Below, one piece after another: positions 14,101 to 26,409 of a DNA stretch of 64,000 nt. The DNA is from Bugula neritina. Lineage: Eukaryota; Animalia; Bryozoa. The translations under genes were made by a program, and so were the position numbers. The stretch is from NCBI GenBank assembly GCA_964035545.1, contig OZ037772.1, forward strand, positions 6,494,889-6,558,888, in the 5' to 3' direction. The notes beneath the pieces were generated by a model, which was given only the letters and a program-made list of their open reading frames with translations, had not been told where the DNA came from and searched no databases. Position 1 is the stretch's first letter; every line of letters starts with the position of its first letter.

Positions 14101-16886
14101 TCAGTTATCAGTTATTGTGTTGCTATAGAGATCGCAGTGAATGTACTACTGCCCCTGATTGGTCTATACAAGCTGGACATATACCTGGAGCCAGAGAAGC
14201 AGGAGGGTGAGAAGGTCTACCTGGTGTCATACCTCCTCGAGTGTATCAAACCTTTCTCTCAGCGCCTCGTCTTCCAGAACTACGGGGACAAACTCGGTGT
14301 GCAGAGCATGAAGAAAGGTAGGTCAAATGGGCGGGGCTAGTATACACTGTCTATGTGCAAAGTACTAAAATAGGTCAATAGTGGGCGGGGCTAGTATACA
14401 CTGTCTATGTGCAAAGCAGATGAAAGGAGGTGGAGCTACCTAACTTGTTATTTTTTCAAGCAATTAAATTGAATATATTTTAGGATTTTGTATCTGCAAA
14501 ACTTTGAATAAAAATAGGAATTACTTATTAAACTTTATCAAAACATTAACTAGACTGAGGACCAAGGAAATATTAGACTAGTGAGGGTGGATACTGATAC
14601 ATCCCCGTATTTTCTAGTGTTACAAGAGGCTACTCGGACTAAGAATCTGCACAAACTGAGAGCCGCTGTCGCGCTGATGAAGACGAATAAACTGGTGGAT
14701 AAAGTAGCGGAGGAGGCAGCATTGGCTGAGGACATGCTTCAGAAGATGGAGCAGATTGATGAGATGAAGGTGCGTTCTATACCCCCTCTAACTGGGGGCA
14801 GCCCTATCTGATGAGAACTTGGGCTAAATCACTCCTTGCAAATATTGAATTATCCTAAATCGAAAAAAGTTTGATTGAGTTTGCTAAGCTTTGTCGTATT
14901 ATACAGTAGCTAGGAATATAAGTTATGGAATAGTTTTGACAGTTGAAAACTCAAGTAGATGTTAGCTTGTGGTTTTAAGATTGAAATTCATTGATTGATC
15001 GATTCATTAATTGGTTAGTTGTTTTATTACATATAACAGACATAACAACACGTGAAACTCAGGGTAAACACTGGTTATAATAGTAGACATGAACAAATTT
15101 GGAAACAAGTCAGAACTCTGTTGGATTATTTAGAATAAAATAAAAAAGTATCAACAAAAGTTTGGATTCAGACTAAGACCTGAGCTACTAAATGTGTGAC
15201 AGTAAGCATAGCCTTAGGTTCATGATGAATTCTTGCAGCAAGCTATAGAGAAGACTGACAGGGGTACCATGAGTGAGATGAGAAACTATTCTAAACCTCC
15301 AAGGGCAGTTCACAACGTGTTGACCGCAGTGCTGCTTCTACTTGGTGACCACGAGGATATCACGAGGGTAGGTATTCATCGTGTAGTCACTCGTGGCTGT
15401 CTGACTCACCTCTTGCAGTCATCTCTCTTTAAAGATATGCCAAGACATTATGATGGGGTTACGTGTTTACCTGATTCAGAGTTGTGTGCCCTTTCAAGCC
15501 TGGTGTACATTAAATATTTCAGCTGCGCATTAACTTGATATACTTGAAAGTTCCTCTGTGATTTCAGGGTGTTTTTTTCTTAATTTGTTGTGACTTATTT
15601 ATATTTGTAGTTTGTAGTAGTTTGAAAGTGTTTATAAAGATGTGACTTAGATACTGGTTTATTAGGTTGAATGAATTTTTATGTAAAGTACTGAGTTTAT
15701 ATGATTACAATAAGTGGGAGGAGCTAGCTTACAATATTGGAACTAGCATAATTATTATGACACTCCTGTTTTATAGATATTAGTTTCATAAATGCCTCTC
15801 TGGTAAAAGATGTCTTCTATCGCTTTTTAAATTACTAACAAGTTTTGAACCATAAAGAGGAGTAGCTGTGATTTAAGGGTTGAAGCACTGGCTCATTTAA
15901 CACACCGTCAGTGGTTCCATTCCCAGTAAAGGCTAATGGTAATGTTAGGAAGAGCATTCAGTCATAATTTTGCTCCTGTGCAACAATAGAAAACAGGTTC
16001 TTGGCCCTTACCCTTACCATCAGGGGTTTTCATAGGGGTGGTGACTATAAACTCACATGAATTTTTAGACTATGAAGTGCAGAAGTGAGCCATGTATAGT
16101 TGTCATATTGAGTGACAAATTCAATGTGAATATTTTTTCCTCCATAAAATCGTAAAACAGACTTTCGAGTTCGTAAATCACCGTGCATGGAAGTATTTCT
16201 CTCTACTCACAATGTGAATCAGTTGGTGTTTGCTAATTATTTCCCTTCTCTTATTGGTTAGTTGTGGACAGAAGTGCAGGTGAGATGCGGGAATCTCGGC
16301 AAGTACAGCATGAGCAAGCGTATCAGATCTTTCAACATCCTCTATGTTCATCACGAGATATCTCGGAGATCAATGGATATTCTTGAAAAGCACGAACTGG
16401 AGATGTTGCAAGACATCAGTCCTGGCGCCGCGCTCTTCTACTCGTGGGTGAGTATCACTCACTAGTACTAGTAGTACTCACTAGTATTAGTAGTACTCAC
16501 TAGTATTAGTAGTACTCATTAGTGTTAGTAGTACTCACTACTTACTAGTACTGGTACTACTTTCTAGTAATAGTACTACTATTTGCTACTAGTGAGTGAT
16601 TAACTAACTAACTAATTACTGTTGTCTGATAGTAACTAAGGTGAGGGTCACTAATAGTAGTGAGTGACTATAACTAGCTGTTTAGTGAGTGACTGACTAT
16701 TCTATTCCATTTCTGCAGGCTTGGTCAGTCAACATGGAGGTACTCAACCGAGTTGATCACAACTTGACTGTTCAGCCGGCAAACGCAAAGAGACAGAAGG
16801 AGATATTCGCTATGATTGCCAGAGGGGATTGGCCGGTGATTGAGTCTACTGGAGCAGTGCCAGAGGTTACGCCTGGTGATAATTGA
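6768..16886 (+). CDS. KY (kyphoscoliosis peptidase)/hillarin-like transglutaminase-fold protein with Ig-like repeats and a C-terminal dynein-MTBD-like domain; 15 coding exons, ~731 aa
   Basis: Exons 6768-6873, 7818-7987, 8245-8462, 8946-9013, 10531-10750, 11067-11143, 11666-11793, 12075-12203, 12653-12768, 13391-13530, 14129-14317, 14618-14769, 15239-15367, 16262-16447, 16719-16886 join in frame (2196 nt, all GT-AG). KY-family motifs LFQKLCESAKIDCKIIRGYGKG, HHWVAVAIEKHWYLIDLIW, DFYFLCEPAIFIYNHYP..KDWQLL..P, MPSVGNYRVDIF, LPLIGLYKLDIY. N-terminus MGSGAS. Confidence 0.88.
9667..9780. mobile_element. Short MITE (TATAAGCAGCTCAGAG TIR)
   Basis: TATAAGCAGCTCAGAGTTGGGGG ... CCCCCATCTCTGAGCTGCTTATA; related ends at ~40601 and ~59195. 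Confidence 0.7.
10359..10455. mobile_element. MITE, CTAGAAGCAGCAC-TIR family
   Basis: CTAGAAGCAGCAC ... GTGCTGCTTCTAG. Confidence 0.7.
11217..11544. mobile_element. Old non-autonomous hAT (Charlie-like) element
   Basis: CAGAGGTGTCCAAC ... GTTAGACAGCCCTG followed by GTCTAGAT; same TIR type as 53269-54989. Confidence 0.65.
11835..11905 (+). mobile_element. tRNA-derived SINE head / tRNA pseudogene
   Basis: A box TGGTGTAATGG and B box GGTTCGAACCC with imperfect stems. Similar heads at 28625-28693 (-), ~39085 and ~41015. Confidence 0.65.
15860..16050 (+). mobile_element. tRNA-derived SINE with conserved core GTTAGGAAGAGCAT(T/C)CAGTCATAATT
   Basis: Degenerate A/B boxes followed by the core. Other copies at ~13125-13290, ~20200-20360, ~32960-33170 and ~51320-51500. 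Confidence 0.7.
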
Positions 16887-17853
16887 ATGAGACATCAGTG
16901 TTTGAAGGAGACATCAGTGTTAAAATGAAATATCCGTCTATTGTATATTATGGCTTGTTTGTAACTAATATTCTATTTGATGTAATAAATATACAGTAAA
17001 ACAATGACTCACTCGATGTTATGTGAAAAAAAAAGATAAATTTTAAAATCATCAACTTATACTAAGTTTTGATTCATTTTGTATAAGTAAGATGAACATT
17101 ATTCTATTTAAAACTGACTTTTAAGAAAAAATATTATTCACAAATTGCAAATACATGCATTTAATAATTTCTTTTTAATATAATAAAATCATGTTTCACA
17201 GTGAATAACTTTTCGAGATTTCATAATCATGAGCTTACAGTTGTGTGGGCTGTGCTCACTTTGTAGTCCGAGTTTTATATCGAGTTGTAGAGTAAGCAAC
17301 GTTAAATGTTTACAGAGTAATGACATAATGACAATTACGACTTAATTGACTGGATTATTTTCTGGAGACAAGGGAAAGACAACTTTAGATTTTTTTCAGT
17401 TGGTGTAAGTTTTGAATGTATAAAATTATAGTGTCTCATGGTAGGCATCACCTACTCCAGAATATTTACTTGGTACTACTTTCACATGCTGTCTGTCACT
17501 TCTCTATTGCGCTGTGTTCTCTAACTATATATTAGGGGTTACTTTCTCTTTGACAAGTATATAAGTTTATTGTTCATTATCATTTGAATGATGTTACAAG
17601 AAGTACACTAGCATATAAATAAGAATGTCAATCATCTCGTGGTGATAATCATAAACTAATAGTTGAGTTGTTTTAAATGTATATAATTATAGGGAAAGAT
17701 AACTCCATATTACAGTTCTAGCTAGCTATTTACAGAAAAACCGCTAACAATGCTTTTTAAAAGATAATCTCAATTGATTGCTGACCCAAAAAATAAAATA
17801 TCATAGAAAAATATTATATGTTTGATAATAAAGTTGATTATAGTTTTGCGTCA

Positions 17854-20800
17854 CTACTTGGTACAAACGACGCAGGTGAGTTCACGTGCATTGATGTAAG
17901 GTGGGCAGTGAGAAAGGCCTCCGTATTCTCCACAAAATCCTGATACAAAAAACATCTGTGGTCCTCCGGTTATGTTCTGAGTACCTACAACAAAGAATTC
18001 ATAAAAATTTTAAAAATTAGTGTTTTAGAAATGTTGCTCTAACATTTTGGAGTTGTCTTACTTTTCCTTTTCGGATGGTTGCTTTGAGTTGCTTCACTTG
18101 CTTCTTTCATATTTGATTGAACTTCCGGCTGCAGTTTTGCTTTGATGCAACTATTTCATAGGGCGAATGAAAAGATATTTCGCATAATGCGATAATGAAC
18201 AAACGAAGTGTATGTATGCTTATACACAATACATCTTGTTTGGAGTTATCTTTTTTGAAGTTACACATTCTAGATAAGTTTAGAGTTGTCCCACCTGAAA
18301 TAACATCCGGCTCCATGTCCACACACTCAAAGATCAGTTTCGTATCTGTGGCATAACTACTCATCAAATAGCCTTCGTACTGTTTATCCCAACCCACTGG
18401 ACATGTTCTTTTAGCTGGCACCATAAGCTGCAGAAACATTAGAGCACAGGCTATACAACTTGCAACTAGTAATCATTGCAACATAAACTGTGCTCCTTAT
18501 ATATGAATAATATGACATGTGTTCCTTATACGAAACAGCTTTTGTGGCACCTCCTTACCTTTGTAGTGCCAGTTGTCAAACATACACTGCAAGCTACGTT
18601 GTGTCCGTGAGCATTGTCCGGAAATATTCCATATCCTTCGTAGGAGAGATATTCCGCTGCATACAGCTAAAATGTTATTATGTAACTAACTGAATAAGTT
18701 GAATGCATAATACCATTAAGTAGTACAGTTATAAAATATAAAATTGACTAATACAAAAATATACAATGAAATAATATGATGGTATATAAAAGTTATCTGT
18801 GTCATCACTAAACAAGTCAATGAGTCAACTTTGAAACTCACCCAAGAGAAAGCATAGCTGTCATTCTTCATGTCAAACTTGTTCCACTCCGGGTCGGTGG
18901 GCATACATAAATACTGAGCCCCACCCCCAGTGGCTGCTTTACTGCTAGACGAAGAACCAGCGCCAAACCCTGCATATTCAATTCAAACAAATATTTGATA
19001 AATGATCTGATGAATTATTTCAACAATACTCGCAGTAATGACTAGATACCAGTTGCGATCGTAAACTGATACACACTACTATACTAGCAAATATTTCAAA
19101 TTATGATAATATGAACATATATATTTCTGTTTTACTTCAAAAAGTTCCAAAACGATTTTCAAAACTGTTGAAGGAATTTTATAATAATAATAATATACAT
19201 TACATGTTTCTGATAATTGCATCATGCTGCTTTTATTGATAAAATACTTTTATTAAAGATATTTTACAATTGAGCAATTACTGTGACGTACTTTCCTATC
19301 ATTTTCATGCAGTTGGTATTGTTTACTTTTTTAGTACCAAAACGCTTTAATCTTAAACAATTAAAACTGTGCTAATTTAACTAACTTGAAAATGCAACTT
19401 TATCCTGCACCAGCACATATACCAGCGTACCAAAACATGAATATTTGAAATTAAACTGGAAATATTAGCTAAATTTGCTGTAAACTTTCATGTTTAGTGC
19501 AATGTAACCATATGTACTAATCTAGGTTGTATTATTCTATTGTTGTACAGAACTGTGATATTATATACTAAGAGAAACAGCGTCTCAAATGCAGATATAA
19601 ACGCCCTATGATTAGTTTCACATGACTGGAGCATGCAAAAGCCAATCAGTTTTGAGGATACGATTTGCAGTACAAGTGGATCTGGTAACAGAATACTTTG
19701 TATTGTTATCTTAGCTGTTGTTGATTTAAGTAAACTAGAATCACTGGCAATGCTGCACAAGCAACACAACACTTTCATTTTTACCAATACTTATATATTT
19801 TTATCTATATCATTTTTGCTAGAAGCAGCCATGATGTGAAGCGGGGCTGTCCAATAGGCAGCCCCAGGGCCAAATTTGGCCTCCAGCTTACATCTATGTG
19901 GTCCTCAAAGGCGCGCATAACAAATGAAAATATTTTGCTTATATATATAAATTGCATGGAGTGGAAAAACCCTTTTAAATGTGGTTTTCAGATACGCGTT
20001 ATAAAGCCTGCAGTAATTGTTGGACTTCATTGTGTAATGATTGAGGGATTTTGATTAAAGTTATTTGAAAATTACTGAGAGTGTGGCCCCAGCCAAAGCT
20101 GAATTTTACACAGTGCCCCCCAACCACTGAATTTTTTATTTTAGTAGCTCTTGGTCTGAGTTAGTTGGCACCCCTGTCTAGAGGGGTGCCAACTTTAATG
20201 GCTTATAAAACTTAAGTCATGGGTTCAATTTCCATTAAAAACTATTGCTGCGATACTAAAAAGAGCATCCAGTCATAATTCCTTCTGTGCCACATATGAA
20301 CAAATCCTTAGCCTTCATAAAAAATTATTTCATTAGGCTTCTCACAGAGATGACGAGATTAAAACTTTGTGGGTTTTATCAAGTGTTTTTATTCGCTATT
20401 TTCTAGCCTCAGTTTCAACTTCCCAACGTACTGAGGGAGGTGATTATAATAAAGCCAACATGACAGCTTCACAAGTAAATTAAATGTGGTAGGTTGGGAT
20501 TACCCGGTAGCTCATCTGATGTAATGACTGGCCAGAGGCCTGCTGTTCGAATCTCGGTGGTGAATATATTTTAAATGAAATAGAAGCTAGATCCTACTTC
20601 ATTGTTAAAATACAAACTTTTATACAACTAGGTTCAGAATTGGTAGCAATGATATGTGAGAATAAGAACTTAAAAACTAACACACAAAAAACAAATTCAA
20701 TTTGGTTAGAGCTTTTATAGTGAAACACTTGCTGACCTGAGTAAACAAGTTTAGCCGACGCTGGGCAGGTCACTTTACCCCATCTGGTGTACACAACTTC

Positions 20801-21350
20801 ACTAGTAGGTGGTGAAAGGCTAGCTGGTGAAGAAGTGGGCGTGCCCGGCTGTGAAGAAGTGGGTGTGCCCTGTTGTGAAGAAGTGGGCGTGCCCTGCTGT
20901 GAAGAAGTGGGTGTGCCCTGCTGTGAAGGAGTGGGCATGCCCTGCTGTGAAGAAGTGGGTGTGCCCTGCTGTGAAGGAGTGGGCATGCCCTGCTGTGAAG
21001 AAGTGGGCATGCCCTGCTGTGCCTTTAGATTATTTAACTCCGCCTTTATCTCACTGAACCTGATGGCTACTCCAACTATGGTGCCAAAAACCAGAATCAA
21101 AGAAATTAGACTCAGTACTATGGGAATCCTAGAGTGGGTGTTTTCCCAGCAACTAAAACATTATATCACAATCTAATAGACGTGGTATATATTTGTAAAC
21201 TATTCTCCTGAGATGTTTTGCGTTACGTTAAGAAAAGTGTGTCTAGGGGGATACTTGCCTTGGTTTGAACTGTCTGAAGGAACCTAGTATTTGGCTGCCA
21301 TCTTTGCTCCAGGTTGTAGCTGTATCAGTTTCATCATTGGGAGCAGCCAT
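17854..21350 (-). CDS. Type II membrane protein with a short-chain collagen C4-like (spongin NC1-related) C-terminal domain, copy A; 6 coding exons, ~335 aa
   Basis: Exons 21350-21259 (GC donor), 21152-20737, 18969-18842, 18666-18559, 18427-18295, 17984-17854. Family motifs VVYTRWGKVTCP..LVYSG, GGGAQYLCMPTDPE, YAAEY, HNVACSVC, MVPAKRTCPVGWDKQYEGYLMS, FECVD, CPPY...ELTCVVCTK*. One TM helix and a coiled neck near the N-terminus. Confidence 0.88.
19842..20176. mobile_element. Non-autonomous hAT (Charlie-like) element, internally deleted
   Basis: CGGGGCTGTCCAATAGGCAGCCCCAGGGCC ... GTTGGCACCCCTG followed by TCTAGAG; homologous to the ends of 53269-54989. Confidence 0.7.
20828..21019 (-). repeat. 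Coding 24-bp minisatellite, 8 units encoding QQG(T/M)PT(S/P)S
   Basis: Tandem GAAGAAGTGGGCGTGCCCTGCTGT units inside coding exon 2 of C4-like copy A. Confidence 0.95.
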
Positions 21351-22354
21351 TCCGCTGATCACCCTCTTGCAGTTTCTAGATTATAACCTGCAGCGGATAA
21401 ATTCACTGATTGACTGATTTTTAGACTATAAGAGCTTCAATATTAGAACTAAAAATTCTTTTGTTCTATTGTAATGTAATAGTAGCTTTTGTTTTCTTCA
21501 ATGGAATCATTTCTGTACTATTCATTTTGCTTCAAGCTAAGCTTGCCACTTGACTAAGCAGCTTTTCAATTCAGCACAGGATCCCTTTTATTGCATCACT
21601 AATAAATACATGACGTAATTTGAGCCACCCGCTGCGCAAATGTGTTGCATGTGCACATGTATGTCACAGTGCACGTGCTACCTGTGCACATGTGTCACAC
21701 TGCATGTGTTACTTGTGCAAATGTGTCTCACTGCACCATCTTTTTACCATAATAGTTTAGATCCTCCAAGTGGCATGCTTTGCTAAGACAGTTATATTTT
21801 ATGAAATATAAGTTGTATGGTTGCAAAGTTTCAATTGAATGCACAGATTTGATAGAGATTATTGATGCAAAAAAAGCTTGTTGACATTAAAAAATAATTA
21901 TTATGTTTTTTTTAACTCCTACGACTTAGTTATTTTTTATAAGTTGCAATTGTAGTGATGGTGTTATGTAACTTTAACAGGTACTTGATTATTTAATTAT
22001 GATAATATAGATTTTCCAAGATTACTGTAAAATATTCAACCACTTTGTAATTTGGAAAAACTTGAAACTTTTAAAACTAATCCATTCAAACTAACCATAA
22101 AAAGTTGAATCATATAAAATGTTCTTGCTTCTACAGGGTGTACAGCGGTAGATCTCTTTGAAAGAGCCTGTATTAAAATACTATACCGGTATAATAGAGT
22201 GCTCACTTTTCATAAGCACAGAAACAATAGCTTACACACAATACAAGTTATAGCTGCGAAACTCTTCTGTCAATTAATGTTGGCAACCAAATAATCATTC
22301 AGTACATTCAAACATTCTTATTGTACAATCAAAAGATTTCAAAACATAATACCT

Positions 22355-22368
22355 GTTTCTATGATAAC
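22355..22368. promoter_or_regulatory. X-box-like motif upstream of C4-like copy A
   Basis: GTTTCTATGATAAC; same position as GTTTCCATGGCAAC in copy B. Confidence 0.45.
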
Positions 22369-23967
22369 AAAAAATATGTTTATATAATTTTCATATTATG
22401 TCATGCAGCCTTTTGCACAACCTGCCACGAAATGTCACACAACCTGTCATCCTGTGTCATATAACAAGCCATAGTTTGTGTCACTCAACCTGACTCAGTC
22501 TCTGGCAGGTTTTTTCTTTGTCTGGCTTTGTTGCTATTCTAAATTGATCACTCATAAATGCATATCAGTGTTTATGATAATTACTTTAATATAAAGAGTA
22601 ATTTGGAGATATTGGAATATATATTAAACTTCCTGAATTCTGAATAAACTATTGCCGTTTCTACTTCATAATACAAGCTTTGAGATAAAAGGAAGAACAA
22701 CTTCATAGCTCATTGAATAAATTTGTACACACATTGACCACAACTATTATCACTTGGCTAAACATTTGTGTAGTATAAGTAATTATAGTATAACTGCACT
22801 TATGTAGAAACCAACAATCATACAAACCAACGAGATGTGTCTGTTCTAGTGCATCTATCTCATGCACATAGTGAAATTGTGAAGCATTAGCAGGAGTGTG
22901 CTGCAATGAGCTAACGTTTCTAACAAAATTAATGCTAATGATTGGAAAAAATGAGAAACGTGGTGTAATATGAATATGATCGGGATTTTTTAGTATTTGT
23001 ATAATTACAAACATGGTCCATTTCATCTTTTGCTAAGCAATGTGCCTTTGGATCCTTTCATCATTTACTATTCACTGGGCAGTAAGCAATGTTTTCTTTA
23101 TATCTCTGACCAGATAATTTCGAAAGCTTTTTATTGTTTCTCTGCATGATATGTGATTTTTTTTATTGAATAAATTCAGATTTTCGAGCTGAGCACCATG
23201 TCTCTTGGCTCTTTACTTTCATTCCTCTTCATTGGTATAGCATATATTATTCATTCCAAAACTGCTCATATATTTGAATCATAATTTTTTTTAATTTTTT
23301 TCAACATAATATAGGCTTTATGCCTACTAAATTAGGACATTTTCAAATTTGCAGCCATTTTGGATTTCACGAAATGCTCAAGGGTGGCAGGTCCACACCC
23401 AACTGGAAACATTTACCTGGACCCTCACCTTAAATAATCAAAAGAAATCAAAAATCTTTATCCGAGGTTGCGAACCCTCAGTTCTACCAAACTAGTATTA
23501 TTGAATGTTTATAGAGTGATGAAATAATGACGGTTAGGATTTGAACTGAATTACTTCCAAGAGACAAGGGAAGAACAACTTTTGACTTTTTTCAGTTGGT
23601 GTATAAGTTTTGAAAGCATAAAGTCTCATGATAAGCACCTCCTTCTCATTAATTTTTTAGTGTTGTTTTCACATGCTGTCTGCCACTTTTCCAATTTGTT
23701 AACTAAACATTAGGAGTTACTTTCTCTTTGAAAAGGATATAAGTTTGTTGTTCGCAATCAGTTGAATGATGTTACAAAAATTACATTAGCATATAAATAA
23801 GAATGTCAGTAATTTCATGGTGATATAAATCAATATTTAAGTTACTTTAAAGTAATTTGATAGAATTTACTAAGAATGCATATAATTAGAAGGAAAAATA
23901 ACTCCACAATACCGTACTGGTGAAATTTGCAAAATACGATAATAATCTAGCATAGGCATATATTATA

Positions 23968-23974
<7 letters not shown>

Positions 23975-24044
<70 letters not shown>

Positions 24045-24069
24045 TATATATAATATTATATTATATATA
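23975..24069. repeat. (TA)n microsatellite
   Basis: Direct observation. Confidence 0.95.
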
Positions 24070-24896
24070 GTCATATCGAGAGCAGAAACCAGTAGGATAT
24101 TTCCAACTTCATGTCTGGTCTCAGTTTGTGCAGTGCTTGAAATAATAATAATTGTGGGGGGAGGGAGGAGTAGGCATGTTGTGCTCCGTAGGCTTTTCAA
24201 TGCCTCTTAATTCGGGTCAGATGTTACAAAGATTACCACCTCAAGATTTATTTTAACCAACTAGAGGTAAGTAGTCTTTCCATCATACAATGATAAATTG
24301 AAAATACTTGACATGATTAGGATTGCGATGTTATATTGAAATTACTGTTTCAACTTGATAAACCAATGAACTGAACCTATTAGGTATAAGGTTTTATTTA
24401 TCAGCTGCAATTGAGTTCACTGTTGTGGCACTAGTCATGGGTTTTCCTGGTTTTTCCAATTCTCAATGTTTTGCAATGTATCCAAGTGATTTTCTGATTG
24501 GATGATATTTTTATTGAACTTCATACCATATATACACAAGCACTACAATTCTGGTAGCACTATTTCACCATCAGGCATCTTGTGAGTATATTATGCTTTC
24601 TGTCTAAAATAAAGTAGTAAACAGTTATAAATTAAGACTCTAGCACAAATTCAGCACCATAACATTTACTTTTAACTTATGGCTTATTAATCATAGAGTG
24701 TGTCAGTGTGGGTGTAGTTTGTGTGTCTCTGTGCCTGTGTGCATGTTCACATTATTGTTGACCTTTTATGGTAGTTTCTACTTGTTTATGATGTGAACTT
24801 TGCTGCCTGCTTAATAAACTGACAACTGAATAGAATAGTATTCATAATGTTGTCCATTGTTTAATTTTTTTACTATTTTTCTTAGGTAAATTGAAG

Positions 24897-25772
24897 ATGG
24901 CTGATGAAGTCCTGGATATAGCCGTTGCTCCTGCTGAAACTGTTGTTGATTGTGTCGACATCGCCCTTGATTCCAAAGCAGGTAGATGTGGCATTGCATG
25001 GAAGATTACCATGTACTTAATTCTGTTGGCTCTGACATTGGTGAACTTTGTTATTGGAGTATTGGGACTTGAAGAGTTGATTCCTCTGATCAGGTCATAT
25101 TATGCTACTGATCGTGGGCTATTTCCCCTTTTAATGATATGGATTACTGGTTATATTTTTGAAACGGCTTTCTTTTTTAGTCTTTTTGCTCGAATAGTTT
25201 GTTATATATATGATATTCGCAAAATGCGTACCAGAGTAAGTCCTGAGTTAACTATAAAACAACAGCAACATAAAGTTCTAAAATGGAAAAGGTGTCGCTG
25301 TCGCTGTCGCTGTCGCTGTCGCGCCTGTTGGAGTATAATGAACTACATTCTAAGTTTTCTTTTCTCTGACATCATGGTCGGGTTGGGTAGAGTTTTAATA
25401 GCATTTCAACATTCTGCCCAAGTTTCACTTCTGCAGACTCCTATTGAGAGACTGTCAAGCATTGTAGCTTTCACTGTCACCTGCATTCAAATCTTGTTGG
25501 TAACCGGTCAGCTTACATGGAACTTAGTAACTAGCAAGAAACGTACTGGAAAATGTTGTTCAAAAGAGTATCTTTTGGATATTGTTGCTCTTTTTTTAAC
25601 GTGTATGGCTTTAGCTCCTCCTGCGATGAGCATGTTTATAGGCATCAAAGCTTTTAGTGTTGAGGAAGAATTTGTATTAAATTTACCTTGGCTGATTGCA
25701 CCACCAATTGGTTTATTTTTTATTTTGTCTATACTTGTCTCAATTATTGTTGGGTGCACTAAAAGTTCATAA
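24897..25772 (+). CDS. Uncharacterised ~291-aa multi-pass (about 6 TM) membrane protein, single coding exon
   Basis: 876-nt ORF in AT-rich DNA. ATG lies just after a polypyrimidine/TAG acceptor (24885); upstream donor GAG|GTAAGT at 24266; AATAAA at 25931; six hydrophobic segments. Confidence 0.75.
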   Translation: MADEVLDIAVAPAETVVDCVDIALDSKAGRCGIAWKITMYLILLALTLVNFVIGVLGLEELIPLIRSYYATDRGLFPLLMIWITGYIFETAFFFSLFARIVCYIYDIRKMRTRVSPELTIKQQQHKVLKWKRCRCRCRCRCRACWSIMNYILSFLFSDIMVGLGRVLIAFQHSAQVSLLQTPIERLSSIVAFTVTCIQILLVTGQLTWNLVTSKKRTGKCCSKEYLLDIVALFLTCMALAPPAMSMFIGIKAFSVEEEFVLNLPWLIAPPIGLFFILSILVSIIVGCTKSS

Positions 25773-26409
25773 ATATATGTATTTTTTATTTATATTGTTT
25801 ATTAACTGTCTTTTAAATTTTGGCAGTAACTTTTTGAATATACTATTTTTTTAGATTCCTATTGCACATTTATGTATTTTTGAACAAAATATTTGTTTTA
25901 TAGTTTTGTTTGTATGGATTCTTTAATTGTAATAAAAACACAAATTCAAAAGTCTACTCTCTGCCTGGTATACTCTCCTAGAAATAATTATGAATTCAAT
26001 AGAAGAAAATTTAAGTCAATATATAAATAAAATCAATTTAATAAATATTGCTTTTAAATTATCAAAATAGATTCAACATTTACTGTGGTATCTCTCAATA
26101 ACGTATTTTAAATTTATTTTAGGACATTGATTGGAAAAATTTGTCGATTATTTTCTTACTTAATTATATGTGCTGCATTTGCACCTCTGTTAGCAGACTT
26201 CAATTTTGACAGCCAACATGTGTTTAAGAATAGAGAACATAACCTCTAGTCATACTACTCTGTTTTGCAAAACTTTGATTATACAGATACACACTCGCAC
26301 ACAAACAAACAGGCACACTGTGATTAGTAAGCCCAAGTTTACGTTGATGTTAAGCTAGGTGCTGTGTTTGTCCTAAAGTCGTGAGTTAATACTCAGTTTG
26401 TTGTGTCAG

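Noticed and set aside
20787-21176. Plus-strand ORFs with metallothionein-like CCEEVGVP or KKWACPAV repeats
   Set aside because: Antisense shadows of the coding minisatellite in the minus-strand C4-like exon.
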